Shown here: positions 8,567 through 17,256 of the stretch, piece after piece | Layout of the letters: the number at the start of each line of letters is the position of its first letter | Numbering within the stretch: position 1 is the first letter of the stretch | Source: Limisphaerales bacterium | GTDB taxonomy: Bacteria; Verrucomicrobiota; Verrucomicrobiia; Limisphaerales; UBA11358 | Assembly (NCBI GenBank): GCA_037200545.1 | Contig: JBBCGE010000003.1 | Coordinates: 6,750-70,749, forward strand | Direction: 5' to 3' | DNA length: 64,000 nt | Notes under the pieces: generated by a model | Told to the model about the DNA's origin: nothing | The model's database searches: none | The model's input: only the letters and a program-made list of their open reading frames with translations | Translations under genes and position numbers: made by a program

Positions 8567-9400
8567 ATGTCGCGCCGCAAAAAATCAAAAGAAACCGCTA
8601 TTTTCGAAGCCATCGCCGGTTTGGCTGGCCTGTCAATTTTCCTTTGGGTGTTTGTGCCTGCCTTCCGGGAATTGGTCCAAGTGATTCTGCTTTTGGGCGT
8701 CATCACGGTGCTGATTGGCGTTGCCATCCGCCTTTTGATCAAATTTATCGAAGCGAAACCTACGGCCGGTTATAAAACCATCTATGCGGAGACAAGTCCG
8801 ACATCCAATCAGTTCCATGCTCGAGCACCCATCGTGGTAACGGAACCTTACCGGCCCAAACCTGAGCCTTCCATTTCAGAAAAGTTGCGGAAGATTGACT
8901 GGTTCCAATTTGAGAAACTGATGGGATTGATTTATCGGCATCGCGGTTATTCCGTCAAGCGATCAGGCGGTGCAAATCCTGATGGTGGCGTGGATTTGAT
9001 TGTGAGCCGTGACAACGAAAAATTCCTAGTGCAATGCAAGCATTGGCGGAACTGGAACGTGGCCTTGAAGGACATGCGGGAATTTTTAGGCGCGTTGACT
9101 GACCAAAAAGTCGGCAAGGGAGTTTATGTCACATTGCACGGCTACACCCAGGAAGCGCGGCTATTCGCCGATAAACATGGTATCGATCTGCTTGATGAGA
9201 CGGACTTGATTAAAATGCTGAACGATTCGGGACTGGCTTATTCGCGTGAGGTGTCGGAGTTGTTTGCCAGCAAGGAGAAGTGTTGTCCGAAGTGCGGCGA
9301 AAAAATGGTGGTCCGCACGGCGAGGTTGAACGGGAATAAATTCTGGGGCTGCTCCACTTTTCCACGTTGCCGTTACAAAATGGATTACGCAGCGGCGTAG
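8567..9400 (+). CDS. membrane-anchored Mrr-type (PD-(D/E)xK) restriction endonuclease domain protein with C-terminal topoisomerase-type zinc finger
   Basis: It has two N-terminal TM helices. The Mrr_cat-like core reads FEKLMGLIYRHRGYSV...DGGVDLIV...LVQCKHW...KGVYVTLHGYTQEA. The C-terminus reads CPKCGEKMVVRTARLNGNKFWGCSTFPRCRY. Confidence 0.8.
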   Translation: MSRRKKSKETAIFEAIAGLAGLSIFLWVFVPAFRELVQVILLLGVITVLIGVAIRLLIKFIEAKPTAGYKTIYAETSPTSNQFHARAPIVVTEPYRPKPEPSISEKLRKIDWFQFEKLMGLIYRHRGYSVKRSGGANPDGGVDLIVSRDNEKFLVQCKHWRNWNVALKDMREFLGALTDQKVGKGVYVTLHGYTQEARLFADKHGIDLLDETDLIKMLNDSGLAYSREVSELFASKEKCCPKCGEKMVVRTARLNGNKFWGCSTFPRCRYKMDYAAA

Positions 9401-9500
9401 CTGTCGTCTTGGGCTTTGTAGTATTCGGCCTTTAGCCAGATTTATTGAGCCATAGGCTCGACGCTACAAGTTTCGCAGCCGTGGGCTTGAAGACGGCAGC
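9400..9500. repeat. imperfect long palindrome (REP-like) between convergent genes
   Basis: The outer arms are gctgtcgtctt (9400-9410) and aagacggcagc (9490-9500). Inner complementary blocks are tgtag/ctaca and gagcc-ata-ggctc. It probably acts as a bidirectional transcript end. Confidence 0.5.
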
Positions 9501-9584
9501 GCTTAAATTTCTACACCGTTTGACTCTTTAGACATTGCTGCGCCCGGGACGGACGCACTCCGTCGAACAGACTGCCCTCATTTT

Positions 9585-12500
9585 TCAAGGCGAGCGCAGG
9601 CGATAAAAACGTCCGGGATAACCGGATGGATCGCTGAAGGTGGACGTGCCGCTGGCGGAAAGAGTATTGGTGGCGACGGGCAGCCACACGGGATTGATCA
9701 GATTGGTGCAGGCTTGCACCACAACGACCGTGCTGGCGGAACCGGTGAGGTTGAATCCAAAATGTCCGCCGATTACGGCACTGCCTGTGATGGCCAGGGG
9801 AGCCGGCGGTGAAATCATCATCGTCGGGGCGCCGCCGAACGTCGCACCCCAGCCAGTGGTGCCGGCCAAGTAATAGACTGTGGCCGGACTGCCGGGAAAA
9901 ATGCTTCCACCGCTCGACGGGGCGTTCTCTTGAAAATATACGCCCGTCAGGCTGCTGCAGCCGGCAAAGGTATTAAAGCCGACGGCGGTGACGCTGCCGG
10001 GAATGGTGATGTTCCCAAGACTGGAGCAAGCTGCAAAGGTGGAATCCGCGATGCTCGTGAGGCCGTTGGGAAGAGTCACGCTGGTCAAGCTGCCGCAGAG
10101 CGCAAACGCCGCCACACCGATGCTGGTGACACTGTTGGGAATGATCACGCTGGTGATCGTCGTGCAGTTGGCAAACGCCTGGTCGCCGATGGCGGTGACG
10201 GGCACGCCAAAGATCGTGGCGGGAATCACGACCGCACCACCGCTACCGTTGTAGCCGATGATGGTGATGCTGGTATCGTTGATCACCTGACAAAGCAAGT
10301 CGGGGTAGGCCACTGCCGTCGGAGCATAGCCATACGTTGAACCCCAGCCGGTGGTGCCGGCCAGATAATATACCGTGGCTGCCATGGCATTCCCGAAAAC
10401 GCTGCTATCAGCGGACGGCGCATTCCCCAGAAAACAGGCGGCGGTCAGGCTGGAGCAGCCTTGAAAGGCATAAGATCCGATGCTGGTAACGCCGGAGCCA
10501 AAGGTCACGTTCGTCAAACTGGTGCAGTAAGCAAACGCGTCGCCTCGGATAGTGGTGATGTTGGCTGGAATGATCAGGCGCGTCAGATGGTAGCAGTAGT
10601 AAAACGCGGAATCCCCGATGTTGGTGACGCCGCTGCCAAAGATAACGTTTACCAAATGATAACAATCGGTAAACGTGCCGTCCCCGATGGTTCTGACGCT
10701 ATTGGGAATGATCACATCCGTCAGGCTGATGCATAGTTTAAACGCAGAATTGCCAACATTGGTGACGCCGCTGCCGATGGTTGCGCTCTCCAGGCTGGTG
10801 CAGTTGTAAAACGCGCCATCCCCGATGCTGGTGACGCCATTTCCGATGATCACGTTCGTCAGGCTGCTGCAATTAAAAAAAGCATAATTCCCAAGATTGG
10901 TAACGCTGTCGGGAATGGTGATGCTCTTAAGATTAGAGCAGTCATGAAACGCACTCTCGATGATGGTGGTGACACTGCTGGGAATGGTCACATTGGTGAC
11001 ATTGGTGACTTCAAATGCAGAATTTCCGATGGTGTTGACCGGATAGCCAAACATTGTGCTAGGGATCACGACATTGCCGCCCGTACCGATATAGCCAGTG
11101 ATGGTAATCTTGGCATTGTTAACGACTGTGTAAGTAAAATTAGGGTCGGCCCAAGTGGCCGTGGAAACACCGCCAAACGTCGAGCCCCACCCCGTGATGC
11201 CCGACACATAATACACAGTTGCGGGAGTGCCCGAAAAAATGTCCGCGCCAATGGCCGGCTGATTCCCTGAAAAATTGACGGACGTCAGGACCGGGCAGGA
11301 AGCAAATGCATTGTCTCCGATAGTGGTGACGCCATTCCCAATGGTGACACTCATCAATTGGGAACAGCCGGCGAACGCATAATTGTCGATATTGGTGACG
11401 GTGTTGGGAATGATGATGCTTGTCAGGCTCGCACTGTAAAATGCGTAATCCCCGATGCTGATAACCGTGTTGGGAACGGTGTAACTGCCGGTCACACCGG
11501 CCGGAAATTCGACCAGCTTGGTTTGCGCCTTGTTGAGCAGAATCCCGCCCACGCTGCTGTAAGCCGGATTGGAAATATTCACCGCGATATTCGTCAGGCC
11601 GGTGCAATAAGCAAATGCCATATATCCGATGTTGGTGACGCCGGCGGGGATGACCATGCTTCTTAAACTGGAGCAACCCTGAAACCCGCCAGTCCCGATG
11701 CTGGTGACGCTACTAGGCAGGGTCACGTTCGTCAGACTGACGCAGTTGGCAAATGACCCATTGCCGACGGTGCTGAGGCCATTGGGCAGGATCACATTTG
11801 TCAGGCTGAAGCAATTGGCCAGCGCGTTGTCCGCGATCTGGATGACACTGTTGAGCAAGGTGTAACTGCCGGTCCGGCCAGCGGGAAAGAAGAGCAAGGT
11901 GGTTTGTGCCTTGTTGTGCAAAACACCGTTAACGCTGCTATAGGTCGCGTTGGCCGCACTCACCGTCACGTTGGTCAGGCCGGAGCATTCGCTAAACGAA
12001 CCGCGTTCCATGCTGGTGACGCCGCTGCCGATGGTCGCATTCTTCAGCCTCACACAGAATTGAAACGCATTGTCCTCGATGCTGAGGACGGTGTTGGGGA
12101 TGATGACATTCGTCAGGCCGGAACAATAACCAAACGTATAACTCCTGATGATGGTCAGACCGCTGCCAAAGGTCACATTCGTCAACCCAAGGCAGCTATA
12201 AAAGGCATAATCCCCGAGGCTGGCAAGGCTGTTCGGCAGGGTCAATGTTTTCAGCCCGGAGCAGTTATAGAACGCTTGATTCCCGAGGCTGACAACCGTG
12301 TTGCCGAGGGTCACGTTCGTCAAGCCATGGCAATTTTGAAACGCGCCGGACCCGATGCTGGTTATGCTGTCAGGAATGGTCATGCTTGTCAGGTTTGTGC
12401 AGAGGGTAAACACATTGTTCCCGATACTGGTGACGCTATTGGGAATATTGATATTCGCCAGATTGTAGCAATTGTAAAATGCGGTGTCTCCCAGGTTGGT

Positions 12501-14072
12501 GACGCTATTGCCGATGATCACATTAGCCAAACTCCTGCATTCATAAAATGTTTGAGCGCCAAGGCTGCGAACGCCGTTACCGATGCTCACCGTCTTGAGG
12601 TAGGGGCTGCTGTAAAACACACTTTGTCCCATGCTGGTGACACTGTCCGGGATGGTCACATTGGTCAGGACAAAACTAGCGGCAAACGCCAGGTTTTCTA
12701 TCCGGGTGACGTCTAGGCCAAACATCGTGCTGGGAACGACCAGGTCGTCACTGGAACCGTTATAGCCCGTGATGGTGATATTGGTGCCTCCGACGACTGA
12801 ATAATTAAAACCAAGGTAAGCCCAGACAGCGGTCGGGCGTCCCGCAAATTGTGAACTCCAACCCGTCCTAAAAGATACGTAATAGATGGTTGCCGGAGTA
12901 CTGGAAAAAGCACTTGCGCCAACAGATGGGGCGTTCCCTTCAAAATAGACTGCGGTCAAGCTGTTGCAGGAGGCAAACGCAGAATTCCCAATGCTGCTGA
13001 CACTACCGGGAATGATCACGCTTGCCAGCGCATCGCAGTTGTTGAACGCATTATTCCCGATGCTGGTAACGCTGTTGGGGATAATCACATTCGTCAAACT
13101 GGAGCAGGAACTGAACACGGAAACTCCTATGCTGGTGACGCCATCGGGAATGATGAAGCTTTTCAACTGGGCGCAGGAGCTAAAGGCGCTATTACCAATG
13201 CTGGTGACGCCAGCAGGAATGGTTAAACCCGCCAGACTCGCACAGTTGTTAAACGCTTGTGCCCCGATATTAGTGACGTTGTTAGGGATGATCACATTCG
13301 TCAGGCTGGAGCAGGAATTAAATACACCATTGCCAATGCTGGCGACGCCACTGGGAATGATCACGCTTTGCAACTGGGTGCAGGAGTTAAATGCACTGTT
13401 ACCGATGCTGGTGACGCCGGTGCCAATGCTCACGGTCTGCAGGGCGCTGCATGATGAAAAAGCACTGGTTCCGATGCTTGTAACGCCATTGGGAATGGTC
13501 ACGTTGGTGATGCTGCTTTTGGATACGAATGCACTGTTTCCGATGCCGGTGACGTTCAGACCAAACATGGTGTCAGGAATGACCACGGTATTGCTGGAAC
13601 CGGTATAGCCGGTGATGAAGATGCTAATTCCATTGGTGACCGTGTAGTTAAAGTTTGGGTCAGCCCAGACCGCCGTTGGACGACCGCTAAATGCCGGAGT
13701 CCAACCGGTGTTGCCCGCCAGGTAATATATGGTTGCCGGACTGTTTAAAAAAACGGTCGTCCCGATGGACGGTGCATTCCCGTAAAAATAGGCAGACTTC
13801 AAATTGGCACAACCAACAAACGCAGAATCCCCCAGGTTGGTGACACTGTTGGGAACAGTCACATTGGTAATGTCGCTGCCGCCGAAAGCAACAGCCCCGA
13901 TCCGGGTGACCGGATAGCCGTTGGTGCTGGCGGGAATGACCACCGTCAGGTTGGTGCCGGTGTAGAACGTGATGGTGATGGCACCACTGTTGGTTGTGAA
14001 ATTGAACTGCGCCTGTACAAGCTTGGGCAAAGCCAGACATGCCAGCGTTAAAAGCAGATGGTGAATTTTCAT
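9585..14072 (-). CDS. secreted BspA-type leucine-rich repeat (LRR_5) protein, about 1,495 aa
   Basis: The ATG at 14072 is preceded by GGAGGT. The signal peptide is MKIHHLLLTLACLALPKLVQA. Dozens of ~23-aa units follow the pattern (IPNSVTSIGNSAFSSCSSLTNV). Five super-modules are each closed by YF.GNAPS...PATIYY..G.TGW. The protein ends with a W...FYRL tail. Confidence 0.9.
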   Translation of the reverse strand: MKIHHLLLTLACLALPKLVQAQFNFTTNSGAITITFYTGTNLTVVIPASTNGYPVTRIGAVAFGGSDITNVTVPNSVTNLGDSAFVGCANLKSAYFYGNAPSIGTTVFLNSPATIYYLAGNTGWTPAFSGRPTAVWADPNFNYTVTNGISIFITGYTGSSNTVVIPDTMFGLNVTGIGNSAFVSKSSITNVTIPNGVTSIGTSAFSSCSALQTVSIGTGVTSIGNSAFNSCTQLQSVIIPSGVASIGNGVFNSCSSLTNVIIPNNVTNIGAQAFNNCASLAGLTIPAGVTSIGNSAFSSCAQLKSFIIPDGVTSIGVSVFSSCSSLTNVIIPNSVTSIGNNAFNNCDALASVIIPGSVSSIGNSAFASCNSLTAVYFEGNAPSVGASAFSSTPATIYYVSFRTGWSSQFAGRPTAVWAYLGFNYSVVGGTNITITGYNGSSDDLVVPSTMFGLDVTRIENLAFAASFVLTNVTIPDSVTSMGQSVFYSSPYLKTVSIGNGVRSLGAQTFYECRSLANVIIGNSVTNLGDTAFYNCYNLANINIPNSVTSIGNNVFTLCTNLTSMTIPDSITSIGSGAFQNCHGLTNVTLGNTVVSLGNQAFYNCSGLKTLTLPNSLASLGDYAFYSCLGLTNVTFGSGLTIIRSYTFGYCSGLTNVIIPNTVLSIEDNAFQFCVRLKNATIGSGVTSMERGSFSECSGLTNVTVSAANATYSSVNGVLHNKAQTTLLFFPAGRTGSYTLLNSVIQIADNALANCFSLTNVILPNGLSTVGNGSFANCVSLTNVTLPSSVTSIGTGGFQGCSSLRSMVIPAGVTNIGYMAFAYCTGLTNIAVNISNPAYSSVGGILLNKAQTKLVEFPAGVTGSYTVPNTVISIGDYAFYSASLTSIIIPNTVTNIDNYAFAGCSQLMSVTIGNGVTTIGDNAFASCPVLTSVNFSGNQPAIGADIFSGTPATVYYVSGITGWGSTFGGVSTATWADPNFTYTVVNNAKITITGYIGTGGNVVIPSTMFGYPVNTIGNSAFEVTNVTNVTIPSSVTTIIESAFHDCSNLKSITIPDSVTNLGNYAFFNCSSLTNVIIGNGVTSIGDGAFYNCTSLESATIGSGVTNVGNSAFKLCISLTDVIIPNSVRTIGDGTFTDCYHLVNVIFGSGVTNIGDSAFYYCYHLTRLIIPANITTIRGDAFAYCTSLTNVTFGSGVTSIGSYAFQGCSSLTAACFLGNAPSADSSVFGNAMAATVYYLAGTTGWGSTYGYAPTAVAYPDLLCQVINDTSITIIGYNGSGGAVVIPATIFGVPVTAIGDQAFANCTTITSVIIPNSVTSIGVAAFALCGSLTSVTLPNGLTSIADSTFAACSSLGNITIPGSVTAVGFNTFAGCSSLTGVYFQENAPSSGGSIFPGSPATVYYLAGTTGWGATFGGAPTMMISPPAPLAITGSAVIGGHFGFNLTGSASTVVVVQACTNLINPVWLPVATNTLSASGTSTFSDPSGYPGRFYRLRSP

Positions 14073-14118
14073 TACCTCCGGTTCATCATACATATGGTTT
14101 TAATCATGGGAAATTATT

Positions 14119-14209
14119 TGTTCCAAATTGTCGCCACACAAAGCGCCCAGACCGCGTCCCAATGCAGGTTTTGCCATGCGCGCAGGACAGGGAGTTGTCA
14201 ATTTGAAGC
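14119..14209. repeat. direct repeat copy B: displaced parB 5' remnant (encodes MAKPALGRGLGALCGDNLEQIISHD*)
   Basis: See copy A. The minus-strand ATG at 14174-14176 opens a 25-codon remnant that stops at 14100-14102, 27 nt upstream of the LRR gene start. Confidence 0.85.
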
Positions 14210-14264
14210 GGAAAAGTGACTTGGCAAAATCAACAGCCGGTGGTTCAATTATTAAAGACGCCAA

Positions 14265-15488
14265 ATGAAAATCCTGCTGTCAGCCCTGATAGTGTTCTGT
14301 GATCTGTTCACCACGGTGAATCCTGCGTTTGCTCAAACTTGGACGCAGACCAGCGCGCCCATTACCAATTTGCTTTGGCAATCGATTGTTTCATCTGCAG
14401 ATGGAAGTCAAATTACGGCAGTAGCGCAAACTTCTGCCCAACCCCTAACCGGTCCAATTTATAGCTCGTTTGACTCTGGATTAACCTGGACTTCCAACAC
14501 ACTTTCCCCGAAAGCCTGGATTGCGATTGCCTCATCGGCAGACGGCACAAAATTGGTATCATTGGTTCGTAACGGGTTAGGATATGCCTCAACAAATTCA
14601 GGATTTTTTTGGAATAATTCATTGCCCAATGCGAATTGGTATTCAGTCGCTTCGTCGGCGGATGGCACCAAATTGGTAGCAGTGGCAGGAACAGGAAGCA
14701 TTTACACCTCCACGAATTCGGGAAACAACTGGTTCCTTATCTCTGGCACGTCCGGCATGTTCTGGCGCTCGGTTGCTTCCTCAGCGGACGGCAAAAAACT
14801 GGTGGCGGTTAATCGCCGGTCGGGATCCCCTGGCGGTTCAATTTACACTTCTACTGATTCAGGAGATTCATGGATTTCGAATAATGCACCCAATTTAATT
14901 TGGGTTTCCGTGGCGTCTTCTGCTGACGGAAATATTCTGGCGGCGGCACCCGGTGGATTTAATCTAGGCAATGGTCCGATTTGTGTTTCGACAAATTCTG
15001 GTTCAACTTGGATGACCAACAGCTCCCCGATTCTGGCGTGGACGACCATCGCTGCTTCGGCAGATGGAAGAAAATTAATTGCAGCAGCGCTAAAGGCTGA
15101 CGGAAACTCGGTTTTTTCAAATTCGATTTTTACTTCTACTGATTTTGGCGCAACTTGGGTTTCCAATAATGTTCCGGCGCTGAATTGGTCTTCAGTTGCC
15201 GTTTCTGCGGATGGTAACAAATTGGTGGCAGCAACGATTTATGGCGGCATTTGGACTTCGCAAACTACGTCCTCACCGCAATTAAACATTGAGACTTCAT
15301 CCACCAACCTCATGTTCTCTTGGGTCGTTCCTTCAATGAATTTCGTATTGCAACAGAATGCAGACTTAATAATAACGAACTGGGTCACATTAACGAACGA
15401 ACCCGTGTTGAATCTCACCAATCTGAACAACGAGCTGGTTCTTTCTCCATCCAACAGCAGTGGTTTGTTCAGGTTGATTTCGCAATAG
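14265..15488 (+). CDS. secreted BNR/Asp-box beta-propeller protein
   Basis: The signal peptide ends AFAQT. Repeated W.S(I/V)ASSADG.KL(V/I)A blades and Asp-boxes are present (SFDSGLTW, STNSGNNW, STDSGDSW, STNSGSTW, STDFGATW). The protein ends with a W...FRL tail. Confidence 0.85.
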   Translation: MKILLSALIVFCDLFTTVNPAFAQTWTQTSAPITNLLWQSIVSSADGSQITAVAQTSAQPLTGPIYSSFDSGLTWTSNTLSPKAWIAIASSADGTKLVSLVRNGLGYASTNSGFFWNNSLPNANWYSVASSADGTKLVAVAGTGSIYTSTNSGNNWFLISGTSGMFWRSVASSADGKKLVAVNRRSGSPGGSIYTSTDSGDSWISNNAPNLIWVSVASSADGNILAAAPGGFNLGNGPICVSTNSGSTWMTNSSPILAWTTIAASADGRKLIAAALKADGNSVFSNSIFTSTDFGATWVSNNVPALNWSSVAVSADGNKLVAATIYGGIWTSQTTSSPQLNIETSSTNLMFSWVVPSMNFVLQQNADLIITNWVTLTNEPVLNLTNLNNELVLSPSNSSGLFRLISQ

Positions 15489-15593
15489 AACTTTTGCCTT
15501 TGGGGGCTTTAGCTTCAACCGCCAGCTATATTCTTTAATCGAAAATGCTGCTTGGAAAAAATATTGAAAAATGGTTTAACTGGCCATAATCAG

Positions 15594-16775
15594 ATGAAAA
15601 ACCTGCTGATCGATGCCATTCTTTTCTGTGCAATAATCACAGTTGCAAGTTTTGCTTATGCTCAAACTTGGAGCCAGTCAGGCGCTCCTTTGGGTTTAAT
15701 ACTTTCTGGAGCCATGTCTGCCGATGGATCCAAAATAATCGCCGTAGGATCAGGTAACCCAGTTGTTTCATTAGATTCGGGAAAGACTTGGGCAACAATC
15801 GTTGACACTAATCCAGCAATAAATTTTGAATTTCAACATTTTACCCAAATTGCTTCGTCCTCACTTGGGAAAAAATTAATGACTGTTCAAGGTTATGCAC
15901 CATATTCCAATTCAATCTATCTTTCAGAAGATTTTGGGCTAACGTGGACGCCACGCTCGCCGAAACAACTTTGGCGGTTCTGTGCAATTTCGGCTGATGG
16001 GAGCAAACTTTTCGCGGGTGTGAACGGCGGGTTGATTTATAAATCGACCGATTTTGGAACCAATTGGATTCCCACCGGTGCGCCTAGTGCTGGATGGTCG
16101 TGCATCACTCTTTCGGCTGACGGAACTAAGCTTGCAGCAGGCATAGGGCAAACTACAACAGGTAAAATTCACATATCAACCAATTCGGGAATCACATGGA
16201 CAGCGACGAGTGCCCCCAGTAATTTTTGGTATAGCATCGCTTCATCGGCTGACGGAAGTCATCTCGTGGCGACGAGCAGCAGCGGCACTTATGTTTCGAC
16301 GAATTCGGGAAGCAGTTGGATACAATTCAGCTTCCCGGGTTTATCGGCAGCAGTTTCAACCGATGGAAGCAAATTGATCATTGGCAACATAGTGAATAAT
16401 GGGAAGATTTATACTTCGACTAATTTTGGGATGAATTGGGCAACAAATGTTGTTCAAAATATTTCAAATGTGAGTTGGAGAAGTGTGGCCTCTTCCGCAG
16501 ATGGATCTTTATTGCTGGCTGGAACTGACGGTGGGCTTTGGATTTATCGAGCAATATCATCACCGCAATTAAATTTAAAAGCATCCCGCGCCAACCTTGC
16601 TTTTTCTTGGTTGATTCCTTCGACAAACTTCGTATTGCAGCAGAACGTAGATTTGGTTACGACAAATTGGGTGACGTTGACCAACGAACCCACGCTCAAT
16701 CTCACCAACCTGAACAACGAGCTGGTTCTTTCTCCATCCAATAACAGTGGCTTTTTCAGGTTGATTTCGCAATAG
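15594..16775 (+). CDS. secreted BNR/Asp-box beta-propeller protein (paralog of 14265..15488)
   Basis: I prefer the ATG at 15594 (MKNLLIDAILFCAIITVASFAYAQT signal) over the track's TTG at 15552. The blade architecture is the same, and the last ~75 codons are almost identical to the upstream paralog. Confidence 0.85.
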   Translation: MKNLLIDAILFCAIITVASFAYAQTWSQSGAPLGLILSGAMSADGSKIIAVGSGNPVVSLDSGKTWATIVDTNPAINFEFQHFTQIASSSLGKKLMTVQGYAPYSNSIYLSEDFGLTWTPRSPKQLWRFCAISADGSKLFAGVNGGLIYKSTDFGTNWIPTGAPSAGWSCITLSADGTKLAAGIGQTTTGKIHISTNSGITWTATSAPSNFWYSIASSADGSHLVATSSSGTYVSTNSGSSWIQFSFPGLSAAVSTDGSKLIIGNIVNNGKIYTSTNFGMNWATNVVQNISNVSWRSVASSADGSLLLAGTDGGLWIYRAISSPQLNLKASRANLAFSWLIPSTNFVLQQNVDLVTTNWVTLTNEPTLNLTNLNNELVLSPSNNSGFFRLISQ

Positions 16776-16820
16776 AACTTTTACCTTTGGACTTCGAGCT
16801 TTGGACTTTAATCTTCATCC

Positions 16821-17246
16821 GTGAGTCATAAAAGCGCCCGCATCGCCGCAATGATCGGATCCTTCCAAGGACATAAACTCGACGCGCATTATCTTGGTTA
16901 TTTCGATTGCTTCAACCGTCAGCTTTTTTACGAGGCGCACGATGTGTTGGAGGATTTATGGCTCATAGATAGACACGGCCCGGATGGGAATTTTTACAAG
17001 GGACTTATCCAGCTGGCCGGCGCGTTTGTGCACCTGCAAAAGAACCGGTTGCGCCCGGCGGCGGCGCTTTTCAAGCTGGCCCAGGCGAACTTTGAAAAAT
17101 ACCCGCCCGTCCATCATCATCTGGATTTAAGGGCGGTTTATGCCTTGGCCCGGAACTGGCTGCTGGAATTGGAGCGGGACGGCTTTGCTGGCAACCCGCT
17201 CACGACGGCGAATGTGCCGCAGTTGACATTGTTGACTCTGAAATAG
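16821..17246 (+). CDS. DUF309 domain protein
   Basis: The protein contains FNRQLFYEAHDVLEDLW...FYKGLIQLAGAFVHLQKNR, which is the typical DUF309 helical pattern. It uses a GTG start. Confidence 0.7.
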   Translation: MSHKSARIAAMIGSFQGHKLDAHYLGYFDCFNRQLFYEAHDVLEDLWLIDRHGPDGNFYKGLIQLAGAFVHLQKNRLRPAAALFKLAQANFEKYPPVHHHLDLRAVYALARNWLLELERDGFAGNPLTTANVPQLTLLTLK

Positions 17247-17256
17247 ACGGTCTCAT

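Noticed and set aside
9640-13608. Many long plus-strand ORFs lie inside the LRR gene (for example 11904..12716 at 270 aa, 12964..13608 at 214 aa, 9930..10340 and 11358..11666).
   Set aside because: They are antisense shadows of a highly repetitive, compositionally biased coding region. Their translations are low-complexity and repeat with the LRR period, and the minus-strand frame is continuous with a signal peptide and a recognisable family.
9585-14072. The regular DNA periodicity could be mistaken for a CRISPR or tandem-repeat array.
   Set aside because: The repeat unit (~69 nt) is in-frame coding LRR sequence with no invariant repeat/spacer alternation. No cas genes are present.
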